64,000 nt of DNA from an uncultured Acidimicrobiaceae bacterium (GCA_963735305.1 CAVTKK010000002.1:2481-66480), one strand, 5' to 3'. Shown: positions 41,897-51,315, counted from the stretch's first letter. Numbers and translations are program-made. Notes: generated by a model not told the origin, from the letters alone.

Positions 41897-41987
41897 AGGC
41901 TCCGTAAACAGCCAACGCGACCAACCAGGGGACAAGGCAAGAGCGCTACCCTGGAGACCGACACCCACCACAGGAGGCCCCTGCCCG

Positions 41988-43277
41988 ATGGCCCTGCTCA
42001 GCCGTGAGTTCATAGCGGTACCGGACGACAAAAAAAACCAGATCGTTTTCAAATGGCCCGACCTGAAGATCAGGAAGTTCACGCGGGCGATCGTCAATGC
42101 GGACGAGCTGGCCCTGTTCATCAACACCGGCCAGGTCGTGGGCACGATGGGGCCGGGACGGCACCAGATCGACGCCCAGGAGCTGCCTTTCCTGGGCATG
42201 TTCATCGATGCGGCCACCGGCGGCAACGCTTACCGGGCCGAGTTGTACTTCGTCGGCACCCGCGAGTACCCGGGCTTCACCTTCGGTGGGCGCATCGATG
42301 ACGTCCAGGACCCCCAGACGGGGATGATCGTCACCCTGCGGGTTTTCGGGGATTACTCGTTGCAGGTGAAGGACCCCACAGCTCTGATCACCAACCTTCT
42401 CGGGACCGTCGACGTCACCAACAACGAGCGGGTGGCCGGCTGGGTCAGCGACCAGCTCCTCAAGGTGATGCGTACGGAGGTTACGACCCAGATAGTGCGC
42501 AACGGGTGGCCGATCCTGGGCCTCTCGGCCTACACGCCAGACCTGGAGAAGGCGTGCATCGGCGCCGCCAACAACCAGCTGGTGACCTACGGCGTGGCCC
42601 TGGTCCGCATGGGCAACTTCGACGTCAACCTGAGCGAGGCCGACGAGGCCCAGCTCAAGAACCTGGCCAAGGACACGGCCTACAGCCGCCTGGCCGGAGG
42701 TTTCAACCGCTATGCCGCGGGCGAGATGGCACTGGGCGCCGGCCAGGGACTGGCCAAGGGCGGAGGCGGCGACGGTGGCGCCTTGCTGGCCGTCGGCCTG
42801 GGCCTGGGTGGCCAGCTGACCGGGGGCGGCGGTGGCCCGGGGATCGGTGGCGAGCCCGGACCGGTACCCCCTCCTGCCCCCGGGTTTTCCGGAGGCGGGG
42901 CCGGCTTTGCCGGGGGGGCGGGCACGGCCGGGCCCGGTGGTGCCCAGGCCCCGGCTCCGGCGGCCACCGTTACCTGTCCCAGCTGCAATACGACCCAGAC
43001 GGCGGGGGCCAAGTTTTGTTCGTCTTGCGGTGCCGCCCTACCTCCGCCCGCCGGCCACTGCAGCGGCTGCGGCACGGACAACGTTGCTACGGCCCGGTTC
43101 TGCGCCCAGTGCGGCCAGCCCCTGGGGCCGCAGCCCGTGCACTGCCCTTCCTGCGGCACCGAAGCCGGCCCCGGCCAGCGTTTCTGCGCCAGTTGTGGGA
43201 CGGCTATAGCGCCGGCGGCCACAGCCGCGGCCCCGTCGCCGCCCGCCGCCGCCCCGGGTGCGGGACCACAGGCATGA
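41988..43277 (+). CDS. SPFH/Band-7-like protein of the COG4260 (YdjI, virion-core-protein-like) type with Gly-rich linker and three C-terminal zinc-ribbon repeats
   Basis: AGGAGG lies 9 nt upstream of the ATG. N-terminal ...QIVFKWPD...ADELALFINTGQVVG...YFVGTRE... pattern. Three CxxC-x(10-13)-CxxC units (CPSCNT..CSSCG, CSGCGT..CAQCG, CPSCGT..CASCG). Confidence 0.65.
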   Translation: MALLSREFIAVPDDKKNQIVFKWPDLKIRKFTRAIVNADELALFINTGQVVGTMGPGRHQIDAQELPFLGMFIDAATGGNAYRAELYFVGTREYPGFTFGGRIDDVQDPQTGMIVTLRVFGDYSLQVKDPTALITNLLGTVDVTNNERVAGWVSDQLLKVMRTEVTTQIVRNGWPILGLSAYTPDLEKACIGAANNQLVTYGVALVRMGNFDVNLSEADEAQLKNLAKDTAYSRLAGGFNRYAAGEMALGAGQGLAKGGGGDGGALLAVGLGLGGQLTGGGGGPGIGGEPGPVPPPAPGFSGGGAGFAGGAGTAGPGGAQAPAPAATVTCPSCNTTQTAGAKFCSSCGAALPPPAGHCSGCGTDNVATARFCAQCGQPLGPQPVHCPSCGTEAGPGQRFCASCGTAIAPAATAAAPSPPAAAPGAGPQA

Positions 43278-43324
43278 CGACCGGCTAGGGAGGTCTGCTC
43301 ATCTTTTACGGCGGCGGTGGTGCC

Positions 43325-44395
43325 GTGGGCTTGTTCATTTTCGCCATGTTGATCATGGTGGTGTTCCGCTCCATGAGCCGAGGTGGCTGGGGCCGAGGCC
43401 CGTGGGGCGGTGGCGGTCGCGGCCCTTGGGGCGGAGGCGGTGGTCCGTGGGGCGGTGGCGGTCGCGGCCCCTGGGGTGGAGGCGGTGGTCCCTGGGGCTC
43501 GTCGCGCGGCCAGGGCTACCCTGGTCCCGGACCGGGGCCGGGGGGGACGCCGGGTGGGAGCGGTGGAGGCGGTACGCCTGCCGGCGGGGACCAGGGTTGG
43601 ACCGCGGGCGGTGGCCCGGCCGGAGGGGGCTGGGCCAGTGCCGGCGGCACCGGCGACGGCGCCATCCCGGCCGGGCGCGGGCGGGGGGCGGGAGGGCACC
43701 TGGCCGGCGGGGGCGGGGCGGCGTTGCCCGGAGGCGACCCGGACTGGATGCACGACACCCGGCCGGCGGCCGACAGCATCGCCGGCGAACTTTTCCCGGA
43801 AAGGCACGCCCGGGCCATGCAGGCGGCGAGCCCGGTCGACGTGGGCTTGGCTGCCATCCAGGCCCACGACCCTGGCTTCGAGCTCGAACAGTTCACCCAG
43901 CAGGTGCAGCGGGTCTTCTTCATGGTCCAGGAGGCGTGGAGCGAGCGCAAACCGGAGATGAGCCGCCAGGTGATGGCTGACGGGCTCTGGCAGGAGCAGC
44001 GCGACCAGATCCAAGGCTACGTCGACGGGCACCGGCGCAATATGCTCGACTATCTCGCCGTGTCCAACATCTGGCCGGTGGCGGCCCACTCAGACGGCCG
44101 CTTCGACACCATCACCATGAGGATCGTCGCCGCTTGCACCGACTACGACGTCGATGACAAGACCGGCCGCACGGTGCGGGGCGACCGCCAGGTCCAGCAA
44201 TGGGAGGAGGACTGGACCTTGCAGCGGTCTTCACAAGCGCAGACGAAGACCGGCGGGACCACGCTCGGGTCCAAATGCCCGAACTGCGGCGCGCCGCTCG
44301 ACGTTGACCTGGCGGGGGCGTGCCGCTACTGCAAAGCCCTCATCATGTCGGGCGACTACGACTGGGTGCTGGCGAGGATCTCGCAGGTCGGCTGA
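43325..44395 (+). CDS. Tim44-like domain membrane protein with N-terminal TM helix, Gly/Trp-rich repeats and a C-terminal CxxC...CxxC knuckle
   Basis: GLFIFAMLIMVVF helix; (GPWGGGGR) repeats. The Tim44-like core is FELEQFTQQVQRVFFMVQEAWSERKPEMSRQVM...WEEDWTLQRS, followed by CPNCGAPL...CRYCKALI. The true start may lie 24-30 nt upstream, where the frame is open from 43289 and the hydrophobic stretch extends, but no canonical start codon is present there. Confidence 0.6.
   Translation: MGLFIFAMLIMVVFRSMSRGGWGRGPWGGGGRGPWGGGGGPWGGGGRGPWGGGGGPWGSSRGQGYPGPGPGPGGTPGGSGGGGTPAGGDQGWTAGGGPAGGGWASAGGTGDGAIPAGRGRGAGGHLAGGGGAALPGGDPDWMHDTRPAADSIAGELFPERHARAMQAASPVDVGLAAIQAHDPGFELEQFTQQVQRVFFMVQEAWSERKPEMSRQVMADGLWQEQRDQIQGYVDGHRRNMLDYLAVSNIWPVAAHSDGRFDTITMRIVAACTDYDVDDKTGRTVRGDRQVQQWEEDWTLQRSSQAQTKTGGTTLGSKCPNCGAPLDVDLAGACRYCKALIMSGDYDWVLARISQVG
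43400..43498. repeat. 45-bp tandem repeat (about 2.2 copies) encoding PWGGGGRGPWGGGGG
   Basis: 43400-43444 and 43445-43489 differ at about 3 positions. A partial third copy follows. Confidence 0.85.
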
Positions 44396-44415
44396 GGAAC
44401 TGCCCTCGCTCAGCC
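44390..44415. terminator. weak hairpin in the 14-nt gap between convergent genes
   Basis: GGCTGAG (44390-96) / CTCAGCC (44409-15) with a 12-nt loop and no U-tract. Confidence 0.25.
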
Positions 44416-46077
44416 CGTGGACGAGGTCGTCACCGAGCCGCCGGCAGGTGGTTTGGCGGCGGGCACCAGAGGCGGCGGCGTTGGCGGGACCAGGCCGGTG
44501 GCCTTTTCCTCACCCAACAGCGCCCAGTCGAGCATCTCCTTGTAGACGGACATGATCTCGAAGCCGTACGCCCGGTTGGTGGCCCACACGCCGGCCAGAG
44601 ACATCCAGGTCGAGCAGCACCCCTGGACCCCCCCGGCCGCGATGCTGCTGAGGGCGGGGGAGCGCGGCAATCCCGCGTACTGGCTCAAGAGCGCTTCCTG
44701 GGCCACGATCCCGTCCATGGGCGAGGCGAAGCTCCAACCGTGTTTGCACTTGTCGCACGCCCCTATACCAGCGAAATTGTTGTTTTTGGGGGTGAGCTGG
44801 CCCCCGGGTGGGAAAGCGAAATAGCCCGTCTCGACCACCGACTGGGCAAAGGCCAAGTCGGCCCTGACCCCGGTGAGGAGCCCGGCTTCCACGTAGTCGC
44901 CGACGAGCTGGGTGATCGGGACGGTGATGTTTGCCTGCGCTCCGGTCGATTCGAACCAGCCCTCGATCTGGGCCGCCGACAGGATCGAGCTACCCAGGAT
45001 GCCGGGGCCGGAGGCGGCCAAGGCGAACGCCTCGGCCTGGCGGACGGCGGCGACGACGGCCGGAGCGGGGGGTGGCCCCTTGGACTTATCCGTGGTGCCG
45101 GACTTATCCGTGGTGCTGGGCTTACCCGTGGTACCGGACCTCGTTGTCGTAGGCCCCGAAGGCACCGACTTGGTGATGGCCGTCACTGGCTTGGTCGTGG
45201 TGGTGGAAGGGAGGATGTCGGCGGCGATCCCTGTGGCGGGAGTACCGGGGTTGGTGGCCAAGGCCAGGAGGGCGAGCTTGGCCCGCTTGACCTGGAACGC
45301 CAGCTTGCCTTCGAGGGAGACCAGAGCCACGCTGGGGTGGGCCGGGGCCTTGCCCGGGACGAGGACCCACCGCCGGACCAGGTCCAATGTCTTGACGGAC
45401 ATGGCCAACTGGGCCTTGGCGGCCACCAGGAGAGCCTTGTGGTGGGCGACAACGGCCTTGGCCGCGGCCGCCGCCAGGCGGGCACCGTGGAGCCGCTTTA
45501 TGCTCCTGGCCAGCTCGCTCTTGGCGTTTTGCAGGCCCGCACCGGTGTCGCTGGCGGCCACGTTGCCGAGCTCGACTTGTTCGACTTCGGTCTCCTGGCC
45601 GCTCAGGTCCAGGTTGTCGCGGACGGCAATGCCGGTGTACTCGACGATGCCAAGTTCGCATAGGGCCTGGTCATAGAGGTTCACGGTGGCGGTGGCGGCT
45701 GCCTTGGCGACCCGGGCACGCACCACGGTGGCCTGGGCGGCCCGGAGCTCCCGGACGGAGCGGGTGTAAGCGCCGTCGGCGGCGGCGGCGTCGCCTTTGG
45801 CCACCTTCAGGTAGGTCTCGGCGTCGACGTAGGCGCCCAGGCTGGTTATTTGCCGCTCGGCGGCGACGACGGCGTTCACGATGGCGGACGTACCCGGAGG
45901 GGCGGCCACCGGAGTCGTCCAACCCGGGACGGCCACCGCCCCCGCAGGACCGGGACCACCGGCGCTGACCGCGCCCAGTAGCCCCGCTATCAGCAGGACG
46001 GCCGTGGCGCGGCGCCGGACCGGGCGCGCCTCAAGGTGGCGCAACCTAAGGCCCCCTCGGGCGTCGTCGTCTGTCAT
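44410..46077 (-). CDS. secreted peptidoglycan hydrolase: coiled-coil N-terminal half, Thr/Ser/Pro linker, C-terminal glucosaminidase-like domain
   Basis: Preferred start MTDDDARGG... at 46077, followed by the hydrophobic signal ATAVLLIAGLLGAVSA. The C-terminal ...FAQSVVETGYFAFPPGG...NNNFAGIGACD resembles the mannosyl-glycoprotein endo-beta-N-acetylglucosaminidase (LytD/FlgJ-type) motif. Confidence 0.6.
   Translation of the reverse strand: MTDDDARGGLRLRHLEARPVRRRATAVLLIAGLLGAVSAGGPGPAGAVAVPGWTTPVAAPPGTSAIVNAVVAAERQITSLGAYVDAETYLKVAKGDAAAADGAYTRSVRELRAAQATVVRARVAKAAATATVNLYDQALCELGIVEYTGIAVRDNLDLSGQETEVEQVELGNVAASDTGAGLQNAKSELARSIKRLHGARLAAAAAKAVVAHHKALLVAAKAQLAMSVKTLDLVRRWVLVPGKAPAHPSVALVSLEGKLAFQVKRAKLALLALATNPGTPATGIAADILPSTTTTKPVTAITKSVPSGPTTTRSGTTGKPSTTDKSGTTDKSKGPPPAPAVVAAVRQAEAFALAASGPGILGSSILSAAQIEGWFESTGAQANITVPITQLVGDYVEAGLLTGVRADLAFAQSVVETGYFAFPPGGQLTPKNNNFAGIGACDKCKHGWSFASPMDGIVAQEALLSQYAGLPRSPALSSIAAGGVQGCCSTWMSLAGVWATNRAYGFEIMSVYKEMLDWALLGEEKATGLVPPTPPPLVPAAKPPAGGSVTTSSTG
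45082..45135. repeat. 18-bp tandem repeat x3 in the hydrolase linker
   Basis: GGACTTATCCGTGGTGCC / GGACTTATCCGTGGTGCT / GGGCTTACCCGTGGTACC, encoding GTTGKPSTTDKSGTTDKS on the minus strand. Confidence 0.85.
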
Positions 46078-46288
46078 AGCCAAGCCGTAGGCGAGCAGTT
46101 CCCCCTGTCGCGCCCAGGGCAGGACGCGCCAGCGCTTTCGGTACCTAGGGGGCACCGCTCGCTCTTTCAGCTAATCGGCACAATACGACCTACACAGTAG
46201 AGGCTGTTGTCGTTTTTGCCAGAGGCCGTTGTCGCCCGGCACCCATCGGCGCCCGGTGAGGGCCGACCGGCGCCCGGGGAGCCTGGGC

Positions 46289-47023
46289 TCAGCCTTCGTC
46301 GCCGTCTTGCTGGCCGAACTCGTCGTGGTCTCGGGCGAACTCGTCGTGGAGGCCGCACTCTTTTTTGGCTTGCCCGACCCAACGACCCGAGCGCGGGTCC
46401 TCCCCCGGCTTGACCGGCCGGGTGCAAGGCCAGCAGCCTATGGACGGGTAACCCTTGGCCAGCAGCGGGTTCACCGGGACATCGTGGTCATCTATATAGC
46501 CCTGGACATCTAGGTCGGTCCAGGTGGCCAGCGGGTTGACCTTGATGAGCCCACGGCTGTCACGGCTCACGATCGCCGCCTGGCGCCGGGTGTCGGACTC
46601 CTGGCGGCGTACACCGCTCATCCAGGCCAGCTTGCCAGCCAGGGCACGCTCGAGCTGGAAGACCTTGGCCGGGCTGCAACAGTTCACGGGGTCGGACTGC
46701 CACAACGGCACCTCGAAGTGCGGGACGGTCATTATCCGCAGGTTCAGCCCGTAACGCCGGCGGACCTTCTCGAGCGTCTCCATGGTCTCGGTGAAGTGAT
46801 AGCCGGTGTCAATGAAGACGACCTCGATGGCCGGCTCGACGGCCACGGCGACGTCGATGAGAACGGCATCGGTCATGGATGCGGTCAAGCACAGCTGAGG
46901 GTGAAAACGCTCCACCGCCCAACCCACGATCTCGCCGGCCGGGGCCGTCTCGAACCTCGCGCCCAGACCAGCCAACGCCTCGTCGGTCAGGTCCTCGGTG
47001 CTGCGGGTCTCCAGCAAAGCCAC
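46289..47023 (-). CDS. cysH: adenylyl-sulfate (APS)/PAPS reductase, thioredoxin-dependent, Fe-S type
   Basis: VVFIDTGYHF, WMSGVRRQES, Cys pair NCCSPAK plus IGCWPCT (Fe-S cluster ligands of APS reductases) and the catalytic ECGLH. Confidence 0.9.
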   Translation of the reverse strand: MALLETRSTEDLTDEALAGLGARFETAPAGEIVGWAVERFHPQLCLTASMTDAVLIDVAVAVEPAIEVVFIDTGYHFTETMETLEKVRRRYGLNLRIMTVPHFEVPLWQSDPVNCCSPAKVFQLERALAGKLAWMSGVRRQESDTRRQAAIVSRDSRGLIKVNPLATWTDLDVQGYIDDHDVPVNPLLAKGYPSIGCWPCTRPVKPGEDPRSGRWVGQAKKECGLHDEFARDHDEFGQQDGDEG

Positions 47024-47053
47024 AACGTCACCTTTCTGCCTGGCCCGCTTGCG

Positions 47054-48847
47054 CTATGCCCCCGCGCACTCGCCCATACCAACCTCGGCCACGTACGGTC
47101 CAGTCTCATCGAAGTCTATGTAATAATCCGGACGGTCCTCCGGCGATGGCCAATTGTCCAGGTCAGAGAGGTCGGCGCCGAGAGCCTTGGCGCCTCCGGC
47201 ACGCTCCAGCCAGGCGCTGAAGTCCTCGCCGGCCTGCCGCTCGTCGGCGAAGCGCCCGACGATGCGGACCGTCGCCTCGGCGCACGCCTTGGCCGGTAAC
47301 CGCAGGGCCCGCTGGCCGAACTCGATCTCGGTCTTGCCGATATGGCCGCCCAGTAGCAGCTGGTAGCCGGGTGCCGGCCGCCCGTTGGCCCGCCTCTCCA
47401 CGCCGTGGAAGCCGATGTCAGCGGTGTGGTGCTGACCGCAGCTGTTCGTGCAGCCGGAGATGTTCACGCGCACGCCCCCGACGTCGGCCAGGCCCGCCCG
47501 CTCCAGTGCCTTGCCTATGTCGTCGGCCAGGCCCCGGCTCTGGGTGACGGCGAGGTTGCAGGTGTCGGCACCCGGGCACGACACGACGTCGCGCGCCAGT
47601 TCGGCGCCCGGCTCGGCCATGCCGATCGACTCCAGCCGGCGGTAGAGCTCGGGCAGCTGGCCAGCGGTCAGGTCACGGAACACCAGGTTCTGGCGGTTGG
47701 TCACCCGGATGGTGGCGCCGAGGGCTCGCTGGGCCGCCGCCAGCTCCCTGAACTGGGCCGACGTCACGTCACCCAGGCGAGCGTAGGCCACGGCGGAGAC
47801 CGTGCCCTTGGCCACGCCGATGACGACGTTGGCCGACTCCCAGCGCTGGTAGGGGTCACCGGGCCCCAGCCGCAGGGTGACCGGGGTGCCTACGGGGGTG
47901 GGCGAAATGTGTGCGGCCACTCCCGCCGCGGTGTCGCCCAGCTCGGCAACGACGGCAGGGATGCCCCCGGGCCACGTGCTGGAGGCCAGCAGGAGCTTGC
48001 GTTCCTTCAGGATGCGTTCGCGCAGCTCGTCGGTACCCATGGTGTCGACCAGCCATTTCAACCGGGCGCGGAGCTTGTTGTCGCGGTTGCCGTAGTGGTC
48101 GAACGTGCGCAGCACAGCCTCGAGCGTGGCTAACAGCTGCTCCCGGGGCGTGAACTCTTCGAGTGCTTTGGCGGGATGGGGATTGGCGCCCAGGCCTCCG
48201 GCGATGAAAACCCGGAACCCGGCCTCGGTGGTCCCGTCCGGCAGTGGCCGGGCCACGGCCACCACGCCGATGTCGTTGAACATGGCCTGGCCGCAGTCGG
48301 TCATACAGCCCGAGAAGTTGATCTTGAACTTGCGCGGCAGACGCTGGGCGTACGGGTGGTGCAGGAAGTGACGGAAGGCCGCCTCGGCCCAGGGACTGAT
48401 GTCCAGGACCTCGAAGGGGCAGGCCCCGGCCAGGTGGCAGCCGGTGATGTTGCGCACCGTGTCGCCGCACGCCTCGCGGGTGGTGAGCCCGACCCGGGCC
48501 AGGTCCCGCAATAGCCTGGGTACGCGCTCGAGCTGTATGAAATGGAACTGGATGTTCTGGCGAGTGGTCAAGTGGCCCCAGCCGCGGCTGTAGGTGTCGG
48601 CTATCTCCGCCAGCGCCTCCAGCTGCTCGGGGGTGATGGAGCCGTAGGGAGCCTTGATCCGCACCATCTGGTGGCGCCCGCCCTGGCGCTGACCGTATAT
48701 GCCGTTATTCAGGCGGAAGACCCGGAACACGTCCTCGTCCAGGCGGCCATCGAGGTAGGACTCCAGCATCCGGTCGAACTTGACGATGTCGGCTTCGAGC
48801 TCAGCCGAGATGTCACGGGTAAGAATGGCGACGGTCACTCCGGCCAT
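47054..48847 (-). CDS. sirA: ferredoxin-dependent sulfite reductase (NirA/SirA family, siroheme + 4Fe-4S)
   Basis: Duplicated nitrite/sulfite reductase fold; TTRQNIQFH; cluster/siroheme cysteines SCPGADTCNLAV ... SGCTNSCGQHH. The second ATG (48847) has an AGGA at better spacing than the first (48856). Confidence 0.85.
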   Translation of the reverse strand: MAGVTVAILTRDISAELEADIVKFDRMLESYLDGRLDEDVFRVFRLNNGIYGQRQGGRHQMVRIKAPYGSITPEQLEALAEIADTYSRGWGHLTTRQNIQFHFIQLERVPRLLRDLARVGLTTREACGDTVRNITGCHLAGACPFEVLDISPWAEAAFRHFLHHPYAQRLPRKFKINFSGCMTDCGQAMFNDIGVVAVARPLPDGTTEAGFRVFIAGGLGANPHPAKALEEFTPREQLLATLEAVLRTFDHYGNRDNKLRARLKWLVDTMGTDELRERILKERKLLLASSTWPGGIPAVVAELGDTAAGVAAHISPTPVGTPVTLRLGPGDPYQRWESANVVIGVAKGTVSAVAYARLGDVTSAQFRELAAAQRALGATIRVTNRQNLVFRDLTAGQLPELYRRLESIGMAEPGAELARDVVSCPGADTCNLAVTQSRGLADDIGKALERAGLADVGGVRVNISGCTNSCGQHHTADIGFHGVERRANGRPAPGYQLLLGGHIGKTEIEFGQRALRLPAKACAEATVRIVGRFADERQAGEDFSAWLERAGGAKALGADLSDLDNWPSPEDRPDYYIDFDETGPYVAEVGMGECAGA

Positions 48848-48949
48848 TCTTAGCATTCCTGATCGCTTTAGTCAACTTTCTGGTCGACATCGGGAAATGG
48901 GCTTGCGAGCAGGCCTTTTGATCTTTGCCGTGCGGATAAAGGGAGAGCT

Positions 48950-50293
48950 TCAGCCCTGCCGCAGTAGTTCGGCCACCCGGAAGGCCAGGTCGAGGGACTG
49001 GCGGCCGTTCAGGCGGGGGTCGCACGTGGTGGTGTACCTCAGCTCCAGGTCGTCCTCGAAGATCTCCTCCGCACCGCCCAGGCACTCGGTCACGCTGTCG
49101 CCCGTGAGCTCCACGTGGACGCCGCCCGGCCACGTCCCCGTCGCCCCGCAGGCCGAGAAGAAGCCGGAGATCTCCGACAGGACATCGTCGAAGTGGCGAG
49201 TCTTGCGACCCCCTTCGGACACGAACGTGTTGCCGTGCATGGGGTCGCACGTCCACGCCACGGGATGGCCGGACCGGCGGACGGCCTCCTGCAGCGGGGG
49301 AAGGGCCGTTTCGACCTTCTTGGCGCCCATCCGGCTGATGAGCGTCAAACGGCCCGGCTCCCGTTCGGGGTCGAGAATGTCGCACAAGGCCACCAGGTCC
49401 TCGGGCGTGGCGCTGGCCCCGACCTTGGCGGCTACAGGGTTTTTTATCCCGGAGAGGAAGTGCAGGTGAGCGCCTTCCAGCTGGCGGGTGCGCTCGCCAC
49501 ACCACAAAAGGTGAGCGGAGGTGTCGTACCAGGTCCCGGTGAGCGAGTCCTTGCGGGTCAGGGCTTCCTCGTACCCGAGGATCAGAGCCTCGTGGCTCGT
49601 GTAGAAATCGACCTGGTGCAAGCTCTCCTCCGCCCTCAGGTCGATCCCGCAGGCGGCCATGAAGCGCAGGGCGCGGTCGATCTCGCCGGCAATAGCCTCG
49701 TAGCGCTGGCCCTCACGGCTGGAGGCCACAAACTCCTGGTTCCACATGTGGACCTCGCCCAGGTCGGCGAACCCACCCTTGGTGAAGGCGCGGACGAGGT
49801 TGAGCGTGGCCGCCGATTGGTGGTAGGCGGCGATCAGGCGGGAGGGGTCAGGACGCCGGGCTTCGAGGGTGGGGGCGTCGTCGTTGACGATGTGGCCCCG
49901 GAAAACGGGGAGCCGCTCCCCCGCCACTTCCTCGTAGGGCGATGACCGGGGCTTGGCAAACTGGCCGGCAATGCGGCCGACCTTCACCACCGGTACGCCG
50001 CCCCCATAGGTCAGGACCACGGCCATCTGCAGGATGACCTTGAGCTTGTCCCGGATGCTGTCGGCCGTGAAGTCGTTGAACGACTCCGCACAGTCACCGG
50101 CCTGCAGGAGGAAGGCGCGGCCTTCGGCCACTTCGGCCAGCGACCGGCGCAAACCCCGGGCCTCGCCGGCAAAGACGAGCGGCGGGAGGGTGGACAGCAC
50201 CTTGAGGGACTGTTCGAGAGCATGGTCGTCCGGCCATTCAGGTTGCTGCTCGGCCGGCCGCGTCCGCCACGAGGTGGGAGCCCATTCGTTCAC
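48950..50293 (-). CDS. aroG: class II 3-deoxy-7-phosphoheptulonate (DAHP) synthase
   Basis: About 447 aa. LLQAGDCAESF, GRIAGQFAKPRS and DPMHGNT motifs of the plant/Mycobacterium-type enzyme. Confidence 0.9.
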   Translation of the reverse strand: MNEWAPTSWRTRPAEQQPEWPDDHALEQSLKVLSTLPPLVFAGEARGLRRSLAEVAEGRAFLLQAGDCAESFNDFTADSIRDKLKVILQMAVVLTYGGGVPVVKVGRIAGQFAKPRSSPYEEVAGERLPVFRGHIVNDDAPTLEARRPDPSRLIAAYHQSAATLNLVRAFTKGGFADLGEVHMWNQEFVASSREGQRYEAIAGEIDRALRFMAACGIDLRAEESLHQVDFYTSHEALILGYEEALTRKDSLTGTWYDTSAHLLWCGERTRQLEGAHLHFLSGIKNPVAAKVGASATPEDLVALCDILDPEREPGRLTLISRMGAKKVETALPPLQEAVRRSGHPVAWTCDPMHGNTFVSEGGRKTRHFDDVLSEISGFFSACGATGTWPGGVHVELTGDSVTECLGGAEEIFEDDLELRYTTTCDPRLNGRQSLDLAFRVAELLRQG

Positions 50294-50348
50294 GTACTTA
50301 ACCGTACAGGGCCCCGGACGCGAGCAAGTCGATTACGTTGCTATCAAC

Positions 50349-50944
50349 ATGGCGCCGCGCATCGGCATCTTCGGCGGGACCTTCGACCCCATCCACGTCG
50401 GCCATCTGGTGGCCGCCGTCAACGCTCGCCATGACCTCGGGCTCGACCGCGTCGTCATGATGGTGGCCAACGTACCCTGGCAGAAAGCGGGGGAGCGCAA
50501 GGTCACCCCGGCCGAAGACCGGTACGAGATGGTGCAGGCGGCCGTGGGCGGTGTAGCCGGGCTGGAAGCGAGCCGGATGGAGATCGACCGGGGAGGGCCT
50601 CCTACACGGCGGACACGGTCTCCCAGTACGCCGCCCTATACCCCGGAGCGGAGTTGTTCGTGATCGTCGGCTGGGACGTAGGGGCGGACCTGCAGAGCTG
50701 GGAACGCCTGGAAGAGGTGCGCGACCTGGCCAACCTGGTGGTCGTGAACCGCCCGGGCACGCCGCCCCCGGCCGGGCTGCGCCGTCAGGGGTGGCGCCTT
50801 TTCCAGGTGACCGTGCCCAACCTGGAGATCTCGAGCACCGACCTGCGGGCCCGGGCTGCCACCGGCCGGCCGCTGGACTATCTGGTCCCGGGCCCGGCGG
50901 TGCGCGTGATCAGAGAACACAGCCTGTACTCTGTGAGTGGATGA
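50349..50944 (+). CDS. nadD: nicotinate-nucleotide adenylyltransferase, one frameshift near 50597-50603
   Basis: IGIFGGTFDPIHVGHL (HxGH) in ORF 50034..50663. After EIDRGG the conserved SYTADTV...LFVIVGWD and ISSTDLR motifs continue in the frame of ORF 50654..50944. Confidence 0.85.
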
Positions 50945-51183
50945 CCACTGTCCTGGGGGCCGGCCCACAGCCCGACGCTACGCCCAGCTCGCGTGGTGCC
51001 AAGCACGGGCTCGGTCGGCGTCAGCGCACCCGGGAGAAGGTCCTGGCCGCCCTTGTGCTGCTCATTGCCTTCGTAGTGACCGTTATCCTGCTCGGGTTGC
51101 AATGGCTAGGCAACCAGGGTACGGCGACTTCCGCCCCGATTTCCCCCAGCCAGACGCTCATCAGTGAGGTGCAAGCTTCTTGA
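50941..51183 (+). CDS. small hypothetical membrane protein (80 aa, one TM helix)
   Basis: The ATG overlaps the nadD stop (ATGA). Basic stretch then VLAALVLLIAFVVTVILLGL. Positional only, no family recognised. Confidence 0.4.
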   Translation: MTTVLGAGPQPDATPSSRGAKHGLGRRQRTREKVLAALVLLIAFVVTVILLGLQWLGNQGTATSAPISPSQTLISEVQAS

Positions 51184-51315
51184 CCTTAGCCCCCAACGCT
51201 CCTTGAAGCTTGGGAGGGCACTGGCGCCATTTTCGCCGGTATCACCAGCGAGCGCACCCGAGATTGTTGTGCCGTAGCAGCCAGAGCAGCTTCCACCAAG
51301 CTCGGGCGCGAGACG

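Noticed and set aside
44941-44960. tRNA-like T-arm motif GATTCGAACC (reverse complement of GGTTCGAATC).
   Set aside because: It lies inside the hydrolase CDS (codes for WFEST). I could find no flanking acceptor, D or anticodon stems. No other tRNA-like sequence was noticed in the intergenic regions.
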